A stretch of DNA of 64,000 nt from Patescibacteria group bacterium. GTDB lineage: Bacteria > Patescibacteriota > Minisyncoccia > Phycocordibacterales > Phycocordibacteraceae. Location: assembly GCA_019752595.1 (NCBI GenBank), contig JAIELV010000001.1, forward strand, positions 553,209 through 617,208. Direction: 5' to 3'. Of the stretch, positions 10,316-19,212 are shown piece by piece (the stretch's first letter is position 1; every line of letters starts with the position of its first letter). Both the position numbers and the translations under genes were made by a program. The notes under the pieces are model-generated. The model searched no databases. It had not been told where the DNA came from and worked only from the letters and a program-made list of their open reading frames with translations.

Positions 10316-10389
10316 TCCGCCCTCTTGGACTCGAACCAAGGACCCCAGAGGTATAAGCTCTGTGCTCTAACCAACTGAGCTAAGGGCGG
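10316..10389 (-). tRNA. tRNA-Ile(UAU)
   Basis: Acceptor CCGCCCT/AGGGCGG+A73, D-arm TAGCTCAGTTGGTTAGAGC, anticodon arm CAGAG-CTTATAC-CTCTG, T-arm CTTGG-TTCGAGT-CCAAG. Confidence 0.92.
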
Positions 10390-10446
10390 ATGGTAATTAC
10401 TATATATCCTTAAAACCGAGACGCAAAGAAGAACCTACACGGTTCA

Positions 10447-10851
10447 CTAACTCCTCACAAGCGCCTCTATTTTATTTTTCACCATATCGCGTACGGTGCG
10501 GTGGAATTCAATCGGGGTTCGCACAGCGTCAGGAACATCAGCCCACCGTTCTAGTTTTGATGAATTCTCTACGTATGCAGGCATCGGGTAGTCAGTGATA
10601 ACAATCACCTTGTCCGCACGTTCCACCATCTCTTTAGTAATTACTTTTCTTATTTTCTTAGACACATCAATACCAACTTCTTTCATCACCTCGACAACGA
10701 GTTCGGGTACTGACGGGTCATCCCCTTTTACGGAATTCGCCAAATCAACTCCCGCGCTCGTCGCGTCTTCTGTTCCTGTCATTGAGTTATAAAATCCTTC
10801 CGCCATCTGGCTTCGTCCTGCGTTCGCACGACAAATAAAAAGAACCTTCAT
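10447..10851 (-). CDS. LMW-PTP/arsenate reductase family protein
   Basis: VLFICRANAGRSQMAEG (CX5R) motif. Confidence 0.88.
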   Translation of the reverse strand: MKVLFICRANAGRSQMAEGFYNSMTGTEDATSAGVDLANSVKGDDPSVPELVVEVMKEVGIDVSKKIRKVITKEMVERADKVIVITDYPMPAYVENSSKLERWADVPDAVRTPIEFHRTVRDMVKNKIEALVRS

Positions 10852-10885
10852 TCCTTGTAGTATAGCTTTCTAAAAACATCTAAGC

Positions 10886-11062
10886 CTACTCAGCAAAACG
10901 TTCACGCCGAATGCTTTCCATAATTTTTTCTACAAACCAAGGATCATGCGGATAAGCAAACAATTCCTCTGGGAACGCCCTAGTAAATGCAGAACGCCCG
11001 TACATCTCTGGCTCTTTCGGAGCGCGGGGTACGAACGGAATCACATTCCCCTCTCGTGCCAT
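10886..11062 (-). CDS. Small hypothetical protein (58 aa, not in the ORF track)
   Basis: Hand translation MAREGNVIPFVPRAPKEPEMYGRSAFTRAFPEELFAYPHDPWFVEKIMESIRRERFAE; fills the ftsH-arsC gap. Confidence 0.55.
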   Translation of the reverse strand: MAREGNVIPFVPRAPKEPEMYGRSAFTRAFPEELFAYPHDPWFVEKIMESIRRERFAE

Positions 11063-11092
11063 ACCTTCAAGGTACGCCTAGAGAGGTTGCCG

Positions 11093-13054
11093 TCAAGCCT
11101 GATGCTCTATGTCTTTTTTCACCTTCGGCGTAATGCCGTTTGCAATCAAAATCTTTTCAAATTCGTCTCGCTCAAGGGTTTCAACTTCCATCAATCGGGC
11201 AGCAATGGCATCGAGAAGTTTTCGTTCTTTCGTAATAATGTCGTGTGCCTTTTTGTATGAGCCGTCGATAATTTTCTTCACTTCGGCGTCAATCTTTGCG
11301 GAAATTTCATCCGAGTATTCTTTGTCGGATACACCACGACCGAAGAGCGTTCTACCGCCCTCACCTTCAAGTGCCATCGGGCCAAGCTCATCAGACATAC
11401 CGTACTTCGTCACCATGTCACGCGCCAAAGCCGAAAGAACTTGAAGATCGTTTGACGGGCCCGTGGTCAAATCCTTAAAGACCTCTTTCTCCGCAATGTA
11501 ACCGCCGAGTGATACTGCAATGTCGTCGAGGAATTCATTCTTCGATTGCATCTTTGTATCTTCCAAAGGAAGTTTCAGTGTGTATCCAGCAGCGCGACCG
11601 CGGGAAATGATTGAGATTTTATGTACAGGATCAGCGTACGGAAGGATGGACGCAACAATCGCGTGGCCCGCTTCGTGATACGCGGTGATTTCTTTTTCTT
11701 TTCTGTTCAACACATGACTCTTCCTTTCGGGACCGAGCATCACTTTCTCAATCGAGCGGATGAGGTCAAACTGCGCGACTGTCTTTCTGCTTTCGCGCGC
11801 AGCAAGAATTGCGCCTTCGTTCATGAGCGAGTACAAATCGGCACCTGAAAATCCTGGCGTGCGCTCTGCAATAACAAGAAGGTTTACATCTTCTGCCAAC
11901 GGTTTTTTACGTGCGTGCACTTTCAGTATCGCTTCGCGGTCGCTCCTGTCAGGCAAATCAATCATCACGCGTCTGTCGAAACGGCCTGGGCGCAAAAGTG
12001 CGGGGTCCAAAACATCAGGACGGTTTGTTGCCGCCATGACAATTACTTTCTCGTTCGGTTCAAAGCCGTCCATCTCAACCAAAATCTGATTCAACGTTTG
12101 TTCGCGCTCATCATTACCACCACCGACACCTGTTCCGCGTACGCGGCCTACGGCATCAATTTCGTCCACGAATATAATGGCTGGCGCCGCGTGCTTAGCC
12201 ATATGGAAAAGGTCGCGCACGCGGCTTGCACCAACACCAACAAACATTTCGACGAACTCAGAACCTGAAATAGAGAAGAACGGCACACCTGCTTCGCCCG
12301 CAACCGCGCGGCCCAAGAGTGTCTTCCCTGTTCCTGGAGCACCCATGAGAAGTACGCCTTTCGGAATGCGTGCGCCAATGTCGAGGAATTTTTTAGGATT
12401 TTTGAGGAAGTCGACGATTTCAGTCAGCTCTTCTTTTGCTTCTTTTGCACCCGCAACATCGGCAAATGTGATTCTCTGTGTTGCGTCTCTTGGATCCACC
12501 ATGCGAGCTTTTGATTGCCCGAAGGTAAATGCTTGCATACCGCCCTGCTTTACTTGCTTCGACAAAAACCAAATAAAGACACCGATCAAAATAAGTGGCA
12601 AGAGAATTGGCGCGAGGTTGAAGAACCAGTATTTAAATCCTGTCTCATCCTTCACTTCTATTTTTACTTTCGCCAAAGCTTCAGGTGTGATGCCGTAGTA
12701 CGAAAGCGTTTCAGACAGTGCGACGTCCGTTTCTTTTTTACTCTTCTTTTTTACATCTTCCGCGTACGTAGCGGTCAGTGTATTTCCTTCAACCAAAACT
12801 TCCTGCACTAATCCTGATTGAATATCGTTTGCAAGAACGGAAAGCGCAATGTCTTCTGGTTTCTGCTGAGGTGCAAAGAAAAATGAGTACAGCGTGTAGA
12901 GAATTAGTACCGCGAGAAAAACGCTGGTCATGTTGCCCCACCAATCTCCTTTTGGCGGTGTCGGCATTTTCTTAAAAAAACCTTCCAATTCGGTTTTTTT
13001 CTTGTGCTGTTTTGATTTTTCGGTCATTTTTTCTGGTGCTTTGTTTTTGGGCAT
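11093..13054 (-). CDS. ftsH: ATP-dependent Zn metalloprotease FtsH
   Basis: Two TM segments, [21 protein letters not shown]. Confidence 0.98.
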   Translation of the reverse strand: MPKNKAPEKMTEKSKQHKKKTELEGFFKKMPTPPKGDWWGNMTSVFLAVLILYTLYSFFFAPQQKPEDIALSVLANDIQSGLVQEVLVEGNTLTATYAEDVKKKSKKETDVALSETLSYYGITPEALAKVKIEVKDETGFKYWFFNLAPILLPLILIGVFIWFLSKQVKQGGMQAFTFGQSKARMVDPRDATQRITFADVAGAKEAKEELTEIVDFLKNPKKFLDIGARIPKGVLLMGAPGTGKTLLGRAVAGEAGVPFFSISGSEFVEMFVGVGASRVRDLFHMAKHAAPAIIFVDEIDAVGRVRGTGVGGGNDEREQTLNQILVEMDGFEPNEKVIVMAATNRPDVLDPALLRPGRFDRRVMIDLPDRSDREAILKVHARKKPLAEDVNLLVIAERTPGFSGADLYSLMNEGAILAARESRKTVAQFDLIRSIEKVMLGPERKSHVLNRKEKEITAYHEAGHAIVASILPYADPVHKISIISRGRAAGYTLKLPLEDTKMQSKNEFLDDIAVSLGGYIAEKEVFKDLTTGPSNDLQVLSALARDMVTKYGMSDELGPMALEGEGGRTLFGRGVSDKEYSDEISAKIDAEVKKIIDGSYKKAHDIITKERKLLDAIAARLMEVETLERDEFEKILIANGITPKVKKDIEHQA

Positions 13055-13159
13055 GAAAATGGTTGTCGCGGTATTATATCTTAGAAGCCTTTACGCGCGA
13101 AGCGCGTTAGGGCTTCTTAGATGCCGAAGAGTATACTTCGGCGCTGACTAAATTATGTT

Positions 13160-13609
13160 ATGGGCGCACTTGTCGAAAATAAAAAAGCAAGACTCGAATA
13201 CGAAATCCTGGAATCATTCGAAGCAGGAATGCAGCTTTTCGGCTACGAAGTGAAGGCGCTTCGCATGGGGAGAGCATCCCTCGTCGGTTCGCGCGTCGTG
13301 GTGCGTGCAGGTGAAGCGTTTCTCGTTGGCGCCACTATCTCTCCGTACCAAGAAAAAAACACACCCAAAACATATGACGCTGAACGCACACGCCGCTTAC
13401 TGCTCTCGAAGAAAGAGATTGCTGATTTAGGAGATACTGAGGGGAAAAAAGGGTTGACAATTATACCTATCATGGTGTATAATAAGAGGAACAGGCTGAA
13501 ACTCCAGGTCGCTATCGTTCGTCATAAGAAAAAACATGACAAACGTGAGACACTCAAAGACCGCGACACCAAACGGATTATCGACCGCACCTTGAAAAAT
13601 CAATATTAG
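13160..13609 (+). CDS. smpB: SsrA-binding protein
   Basis: NKKARLEYEILESFEAG, RRLLL, KKKHDKRE. Confidence 0.97.
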   Translation: MGALVENKKARLEYEILESFEAGMQLFGYEVKALRMGRASLVGSRVVVRAGEAFLVGATISPYQEKNTPKTYDAERTRRLLLSKKEIADLGDTEGKKGLTIIPIMVYNKRNRLKLQVAIVRHKKKHDKRETLKDRDTKRIIDRTLKNQY

Positions 13610-13772
13610 GACCCATTCCCGAATCTGCTTTCGAAAAGCGAGATGTCGGTTTTTCGCAGCGAGAATGCTCGGCGCAGGCTGAAGCGTACCTTAGGTTACG
13701 CTGAAAACGAGCCGTTAGCGTTCGTAGCAGAAAAACAACATTGAGCCGAAATGAGATTCGGGAATGGGTCCT
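13608..13772. repeat. MITE/REPIN-like long hairpin
   Basis: Perfect 19-bp terminal inverted repeat AGGACCCATTCCCGAATCT with an imperfectly self-complementary interior. Confidence 0.7.
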
Positions 13773-13795
13773 CTCACTGTTAGAAAGACAGTCCT

Positions 13796-13872
13796 TCCCC
13801 GCACACTAATTTTTGAATAGCACCTTGTGCGTTTCGGCAAGCCGAAACAATCCAAAATTTAGTGTGCGGGGG
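13796..13872. repeat. Palindromic element overlapping the tmRNA 5' end
   Basis: ccccgcacacta...tagtgtgcgggg arms with an internal gtttcggc-aa-gccgaaac hairpin. Confidence 0.65.
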
Positions 13873-14236
13873 ATGATTTGATTCGACAGTGGGTCACGCT
13901 ATATACATGCGAAACGGTGAATGTTGGAGAACACCTAAAATCTCGAACAACAAACGTGTAAGAACGTCTGTACCGTCCTACTCCCTCGCGGAGATGGATC
14001 TCGCTTACGCTAACGCCTAAGCGGCGCCAAACTTTCAACGCCTTATAGAAAGTTCTTGGTGTCATAACATAAGGCTCTAAGAAATCGATTGCTCACCGAT
14101 TTCTCAAACTTACGAGCTCGACTGTGCGCGCTTTCGTTCGTTTCTTAACGCACCGTCTAAAACCCAAAAGCGAACTAGGTTCCGTAGATTGTACTAGCAA
14201 CACTCATTGGACGGGGTTTCAACACCCCCATCTCCA
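13869..14236 (+). ncRNA. ssrA: tmRNA
   Basis: GGGGATG/CATCTCCA acceptor with G3-U70, GATTCGAC, tag ORF ending LAYANA*, adjacent to smpB. Confidence 0.93.
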
Positions 14237-14240
14237 CAGA

Positions 14241-14268
14241 AAAATAACCCCCCTACGGGGTTATTTTA
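14241..14268 (+). terminator. tmRNA terminator
   Basis: aaaataacccc-loop-ggggttatttt. Confidence 0.75.
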
Positions 14269-14366
14269 TTTAGGGCGCGACCGAGCGAAGAGCGAGGAAG
14301 TACTGAGGCCAGCAGGCCGAGTGTGGTTTTGCCTTTTCTCCTTATATAGGCTACTCTAAATGAAAC

Positions 14367-14993
14367 ATTTTGAAACCCCGAGTACGCATCAATAACGAAA
14401 TTCGAGCCAAAGAACTCCGCGTCATCAAAGACGACGGTGGCAACCTTGGCGTCATCTCTACCGAAGAGGCTTTGAGGGTCGCAAAAGAGCTGGGATTGGA
14501 CTTAATCGAGATATCTCCTGGGGCCGTCCCTCCCGTTGCGAAAATAATGGATTATGGTAAATTTCAATATCTTGAGCAGAAAAAAGACCGAGAAATCAAG
14601 GCTAAATCCCACGTTACCGAGACCAAATCAGTACAGGTCGAAGTAGGCACTGGAGAGAACGACTTGATGCGAAAGGCCCGCCAGGCCGCAGGTTGGCTCA
14701 AGGACGGACACCGCGTCCGTATAGAGCTCTTTTTGAAAGGTAGGTACAAATACATGGATCCAGCGTTCCTCAAAGAGCGCCTCCAGAGATTCGTACTTTT
14801 GGTGCCCGAGGACTACAAGATTGCGGAAGCAGTCACCAAAGGTCCAAAAGGATTCACCACGATTATCGAGCGCGCAGGAAAAGGACCGAAGAAAGACGCT
14901 CCTATGTCTTCCCCCGCCTCTTCCCCTGCTCCCGCTAAGCCCGTCGTAAAACAAGAACCCAAACCCGAACAACCGAAACATGAAAACAAATAA
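14367..14993 (+). CDS. infC: Translation initiation factor IF-3 (probable ATT start)
   Basis: RINNEIRAKELRVI, PPVAKIMDYGKFQY; in-frame ATT immediately before the TTG. Confidence 0.95.
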   Translation: MLKPRVRINNEIRAKELRVIKDDGGNLGVISTEEALRVAKELGLDLIEISPGAVPPVAKIMDYGKFQYLEQKKDREIKAKSHVTETKSVQVEVGTGENDLMRKARQAAGWLKDGHRVRIELFLKGRYKYMDPAFLKERLQRFVLLVPEDYKIAEAVTKGPKGFTTIIERAGKGPKKDAPMSSPASSPAPAKPVVKQEPKPEQPKHENK

Positions 14994-15165
14994 GTCATAC
15001 ACGAAACGCTTGAAAGTAACCCGTAAGGGCAAATTGATTGCGCGCATGGCTGGCCAGAACCATTTCAATGCAAAAGAAGGAAGAAAGACTCGCACCAAGA
15101 AAGGCCGCACGACTGCGGTTGTGATGAACGCAGGAGATCGCGCACGCTTTCTTGCAGGTTCATAG
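14980..15165 (+). CDS. rpmI: 50S ribosomal protein L35
   Basis: MKTNKSYTKRLKVT; located between infC and rplT. Confidence 0.92.
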   Translation: MKTNKSYTKRLKVTRKGKLIARMAGQNHFNAKEGRKTRTKKGRTTAVVMNAGDRARFLAGS

Positions 15166-15168
15166 TTC

Positions 15169-15256
15169 TTAGAAAATCTTATGAGCATAGCGATGTAGAT
15201 TTTCTTAGACCCCGCCCTCTGAGCACCTGAACTTCGAGAGCAAAGAGGGCGGGGTG
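15169..15256. repeat. ACCCCGCCCTCT-family hairpin repeat, copy 1
   Basis: ttagaaaatctt...cttagaccccgccctct...agagggcggggtg; second copy at 34.8 kb. Confidence 0.7.
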
Positions 15257-15297
15257 GAAGATTTTTTAATTCATTTCATTCATAACAAAATCTAACC

Positions 15298-15648
15298 ATG
15301 GCACGCACCAAAGGAGGAGTAAAACCAAGTAAGAAAAGGAAGAGCATCCTTAAGGCCGCAAAAGGCTTCCGTTTCGGACGCTCTAAGAAGAAACGATCCG
15401 CTTTGGACGCCCTCAAGCACGCTGGCAAATACGCATTCCGCGACCGAAGAGCTAAGAAGCGCAGTATGCGCGGCCTCCACATCGTCCGCATCAATGCAGC
15501 GCTTCGCGCAAACGGTTTCAAAAACTACAGCTCATTCATCGGCGCTTTGAAGAAAGCAAAAATTGACCTCGACCGCAAAGTGCTCTCACAGCTTGCCGAG
15601 CTCCATCCCGCGGCATTTGAACGCCTTGTAAAGAAAGTCGCCGCTTAA
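15298..15648 (+). CDS. rplT: 50S ribosomal protein L20
   Basis: [29 protein letters not shown]. Confidence 0.96.
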   Translation: MARTKGGVKPSKKRKSILKAAKGFRFGRSKKKRSALDALKHAGKYAFRDRRAKKRSMRGLHIVRINAALRANGFKNYSSFIGALKKAKIDLDRKVLSQLAELHPAAFERLVKKVAA

Positions 15649-15714
15649 ATTTCAACTTCCCCGCTCACGCGGGGATTTTGCTTTTTATACTTTTCGTGCT
15701 ATAATGCGATAAGT

Positions 15715-16260
15715 ATGGTATTTGGACGAGAGCGAGTCAGAGCGGGTCGCGCCTTCGGAACGAGGGCGTTTTTAACTGTTGTATCACTCTTTGCTACTGC
15801 CACTCTAACCACTCCCGCACGAGCACAGGAGGCTTCCGAGCCTAGCAACGTAGTTGCACTAGAAGGCGTGGACTTTACAGATAGAACGATCTCCTCTTTC
15901 GCACCTTTAGGAGCTACGTTTGCAGACGTGCCACGACTCAACTTAGGAGAGACACCTCGAACAAGAGACGAGAGCGAAGGACCAGGAGAAGATGAAATTA
16001 TTGTAACCGCGCAGAGAGAGGAGGGTTTTGCAGTTGCTCCTCACCCAGACGATTTAGTTGACCCCTTTGAAAGATTGGGCATGAGGACAAATCACAATCT
16101 AGAAAACGAAGGTCTTGACGAGAGATTTATTCGACCAGAAGACAGAGAAGGTTGGAGAGGAGTAGATGTGAGTCTTCTGAATACAGGCCGTTTTTCTATT
16201 GAAGCACAGGTAAAACGCGGTGCTGGATTTGAATTTACATATCATTTCGGAAGAGATTAA
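15715..16260 (+). CDS. Secreted hypothetical protein
   Basis: Signal peptide ending ARA-Q; TATAAT 9 nt before ATG; EIIVTAQR motif. Confidence 0.65.
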   Translation: MVFGRERVRAGRAFGTRAFLTVVSLFATATLTTPARAQEASEPSNVVALEGVDFTDRTISSFAPLGATFADVPRLNLGETPRTRDESEGPGEDEIIVTAQREEGFAVAPHPDDLVDPFERLGMRTNHNLENEGLDERFIRPEDREGWRGVDVSLLNTGRFSIEAQVKRGAGFEFTYHFGRD

Positions 16261-16328
16261 TTGTCAGTTTCGTAGCCCTTATAATTTTTTTGCATTCAAA
16301 ACTTCTTTCAGGTATAGTCCTACTTTCT

Positions 16329-16688
16329 ATGCAAGAAGCAAAAAGCCACACTGAAACGGGAGACGCGGAGCACGGTCACAACGGGCCATTCTGTCACTAC
16401 TGCATGGGGCAAGGTGTCGGGAAAGAAGGAGAAGTTCCTGCAGAAGCAAACGGAGTATTATGCAGAACGCATTTGAATGACCCTCACATATTCGGCTTCT
16501 ACGAAGTAGAACTCGAGGGAACAGACTTTAGCGATCAATTGAGCCTTGAGATGCAGCAGTTGGTTGCAAGCGGTTTTATAGAACGCGGGCGCGCTGAACT
16601 TAATGCAACTCTCGCCCGTATGGAAGCTGAAAAAGTTCAGGTGACTGTAGTACCGCGGAGAACTCCACGAATGCGGTCTGGTCAGTAA
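16329..16688 (+). CDS. Hypothetical protein with a CxxC...CxxH Zn site
   Basis: CHYC and CRTH motifs; TATAGT upstream of ATG 16329. Confidence 0.6.
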   Translation: MQEAKSHTETGDAEHGHNGPFCHYCMGQGVGKEGEVPAEANGVLCRTHLNDPHIFGFYEVELEGTDFSDQLSLEMQQLVASGFIERGRAELNATLARMEAEKVQVTVVPRRTPRMRSGQ

Positions 16689-16689
16689 T

Positions 16690-18081
16690 TTAGAGCTCGT
16701 ACACTTCCCCTTCCCTTGGAACATCGACAGGGATATCAAAAAATCCTGAAATGCGTTGCGCTAGAAACGTAGCTCCTTCGGTTTCTCCTAACACCACAAA
16801 TGCGCGCTTCGGCGCGATTTTTTCTGCAAAATCCATAAGGTCGTCGCGATCGGCATGTGCTGAAAAGCCTCCAACCTTTAAAACTTTCGCGCGAATTTTT
16901 ATTTTTTGTCCGTCTATATCCACTTCTTTCGCACCATCCATAATGCGTCTCCCCAAAGAGCCTGGCACTTGGTAGCCGACTAAAAGAATGGTGGTTTCTT
17001 TATGTGGTAAATATTCCGCTTCGTGTTTTTTTATGCGTCCGCCGTGGCTCATGCCTGCGCCTGCGATAATCACTTTAGGTCCTGGCACTTTTGAAATGGC
17101 AGGCGATTCGTCAGGTCGAAGGGTCACCTTCAACGATGGGAATGCGAACGGGTCGTCGCCACCTTCAAGGCGCTTTCGTATCTCCTCACGTAAAAATTCA
17201 GGATGTCTTTTATAGACGGCGGTCACTTTGGCAGCAAGCGGAGAATCCATAAACACGGGTATCGAGGGTAGCGTGCCCGCGCTCATGGCAGCGTCGATGA
17301 TTGAGAGAATAATCTGCGTACGCTCCAAAGAAAAAGCAGGGATCAAAAGCGTGCCTTTCTTTGCAACCGCGCCGCGTACCGCTTCAAGGAGCGCTTCTTT
17401 GCTGTCCTCAATCGAGCCATGTGTGCGGTTCCCGTACACACTCTCGGTCACCAGTATTTCCGTACCTTCAGGAACTTCATGATCAGGAACCAGTGCCGAC
17501 GGCACACGTCCCAAATCCCCTGTCATAACTATGCGTCTACCATCGATATCTAAGACGACAAGCGCGGAGCCCAAAATATGCCCTGCGTTATATAGAGTTA
17601 CGGTAATACCTGGTGCCACGCTGACAGGCGAATGATAGTCGAGAGCGGTTATATGCTCGACTGCACGCGCAACGTCTTCACCATCGTACGGAGGTTCGTT
17701 GTTGCAGCGCTTTGCTTCAAGTGCGATGAGTTGGACCGAATCCTCGAGCATGATTGGCATCAATTCTTTTGTTGCCACAGTCGCGTATGCTTTGCCCACA
17801 AAACCTTCTTTCACAAGGCGCGGGAAAAGCCCAATGTGATCCGCGTGTGCGTGAGTAAAAAATATTGCATCAACCGTTTTAGGGTCGTATGAAAATGGTT
17901 GACTATTGGTGAGTTCGCAAAATCGTTCGCCCTGAGAGAGTCCGCAGTCAATCAGTATGCGCGTTGTCTTTCCGCCTGCCCCGAGCGTAGCCGAGGGGTT
18001 ATCTTCTATTTCAAAAAGAAAATTTGAGCCAGTGACCCTGCGTGCGCCACGAGCGAATGTCGCTTTAATTGTCTTAGCCAT
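16690..18081 (-). CDS. MBL-fold beta-CASP RNase (YSH1-like)
   Basis: LIDCG, THAHADHIG, AGHILGS, TGDLG, ESVYG, FSAHAD. Confidence 0.92.
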   Translation of the reverse strand: MAKTIKATFARGARRVTGSNFLFEIEDNPSATLGAGGKTTRILIDCGLSQGERFCELTNSQPFSYDPKTVDAIFFTHAHADHIGLFPRLVKEGFVGKAYATVATKELMPIMLEDSVQLIALEAKRCNNEPPYDGEDVARAVEHITALDYHSPVSVAPGITVTLYNAGHILGSALVVLDIDGRRIVMTGDLGRVPSALVPDHEVPEGTEILVTESVYGNRTHGSIEDSKEALLEAVRGAVAKKGTLLIPAFSLERTQIILSIIDAAMSAGTLPSIPVFMDSPLAAKVTAVYKRHPEFLREEIRKRLEGGDDPFAFPSLKVTLRPDESPAISKVPGPKVIIAGAGMSHGGRIKKHEAEYLPHKETTILLVGYQVPGSLGRRIMDGAKEVDIDGQKIKIRAKVLKVGGFSAHADRDDLMDFAEKIAPKRAFVVLGETEGATFLAQRISGFFDIPVDVPREGEVYEL

Positions 18082-18484
18082 TGTTTTTGAAACGCGAGAA
18101 CACCATATACGAAAGAGTAGCACCTAAGACATCCATGACGAGGTCAATCGCTGTATCGATCTGCCTGACAGGGTATGAAAATTCCCTGTCGATGCCAACA
18201 AAAAACTCAAAGACCTCCCACAAAATACCGACGAGAAGCGAGAACGCGAAAACGTATAAAAATGTTTCATATTTTTTAAAAAATGCAGGCAACTCATACC
18301 GCACGACCCAGAGATACACTGCGCCGACCACCACGCCACCCAAAAAATGCATCAGAATGTCATACCACGAGTACCGCCAGTACAAATAATGCGCAAACGC
18401 CAGTTGCTGAAGGGCGCCCAAAAGGGCGACGAGCGCAAAAATAACCAAAAGTGAAATAAGTCGTGGCGACATACTGGGTATCAA
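18074..18484 (-). CDS. Membrane protein (WYD..MH...WE..EF...DT..D type)
   Basis: Four hydrophobic segments with intramembrane H/E/D residues. Confidence 0.75.
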   Translation of the reverse strand: MIPSMSPRLISLLVIFALVALLGALQQLAFAHYLYWRYSWYDILMHFLGGVVVGAVYLWVVRYELPAFFKKYETFLYVFAFSLLVGILWEVFEFFVGIDREFSYPVRQIDTAIDLVMDVLGATLSYMVFSRFKNNG

Positions 18485-18511
18485 AAATCCGTCATACGGT
18501 CTGACGGATTC
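18483..18511 (-). terminator. Terminator downstream of the putative 6S RNA
   Basis: aatccgtca-loop-tgacggatt followed by a U-tract on the minus strand. Confidence 0.65.
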
Positions 18512-18515
18512 TTAA

Positions 18516-18670
18516 TTGGGGTTTCTGGGAAATAGTAACCTCAGGCGCTTGGCCTAGGTGGGTGTCCGCAGTCTTTTTCCACCATCGGAACCGCGAGGGC
18601 TCACCAGAGTGTGACGATTTAAGACTCCCTATTGAATTATATCGAGGTTACTATTCACCCAATAACCCCA
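18516..18670 (-). ncRNA. ssrS: Probable 6S RNA
   Basis: Long closing stem (GGGGTT..AATAGTAACCTC/GAGGTTACTATT..AACCCC), central bubble, GGGAGTCTT/AAGACT and CACCCACCT motifs; TACAAT upstream and terminator downstream. Confidence 0.75.
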
Positions 18671-18688
18671 CTACTATTGTATCAAATG

Positions 18689-19207
18689 CTACCTCTCTCC
18701 AAGAATTGAGGCGAAAGTCCCCGTAGAGATACGCTTTACTACCTCCTCTGGAGAAAAAATGTGAGCATTCATTGCAACGTATATTCCTGCGGGAAGATAT
18801 TCGGTCTGTGCAATCGCATATCCTAGATTAAATGGCCCATCAGAAGGAGAGAAACCTTTTATAGGAATCAAAGAGCCTGTCAAAATAACGGTCTTATCAG
18901 TTTGTTTTAGTTTTGCCTTTAAAAAGCGGGCGGTATCGGGCATTGTGTAAGTGCCGTGTGTAATAATTATTTTTGAATATGGGCTCTCCTCAAGTGTAGC
19001 AAGTATTGAGTCCAAATCGCCCTCAGTAAGCCCCCTACTGTCTTTCATGCACACCTGACTAAATTCAAGGGGGGTATCCGTTTTGATCAACGCCATCACT
19101 TCGGGGAGAATTGATTTTTCACTCGGAACAGCAGTATCTTTAGTCCCGTCATAGACAGAGTCTATCGTGCCACCAGTAATCACAAAGTGGATGCCGTTTT
19201 TCAACAT
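18689..19207 (-). CDS. Asparaginase-domain protein
   Basis: ITGGTID, IIITHGTYTM, VILTGS. Confidence 0.88.
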   Translation of the reverse strand: MLKNGIHFVITGGTIDSVYDGTKDTAVPSEKSILPEVMALIKTDTPLEFSQVCMKDSRGLTEGDLDSILATLEESPYSKIIITHGTYTMPDTARFLKAKLKQTDKTVILTGSLIPIKGFSPSDGPFNLGYAIAQTEYLPAGIYVAMNAHIFSPEEVVKRISTGTFASILGER

Positions 19208-19212
19208 AATTG

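Noticed and set aside
4701-10389. Genomic island bounded by the two tRNAs
   Set aside because: Contains core recG, with no integrase or duplicated tRNA 3' end
10930-11092. Structured ncRNA downstream of ftsH
   Set aside because: Short hairpins are present, but a clean 58-codon ORF explains the interval and no RNase P or SRP motifs are seen
11093-13054. UGA recoding (code 25) as in Gracilibacteria/SR1
   Set aside because: Conserved genes are full length under code 11, and ftsH ends correctly at TGA
14276-14325. cgaccgagcgaagagcgagg...gaggccagcaggccga segment before infC
   Set aside because: Looks like degenerate REP-type sequence or a leader, but there is no second copy or firm structure to support a call
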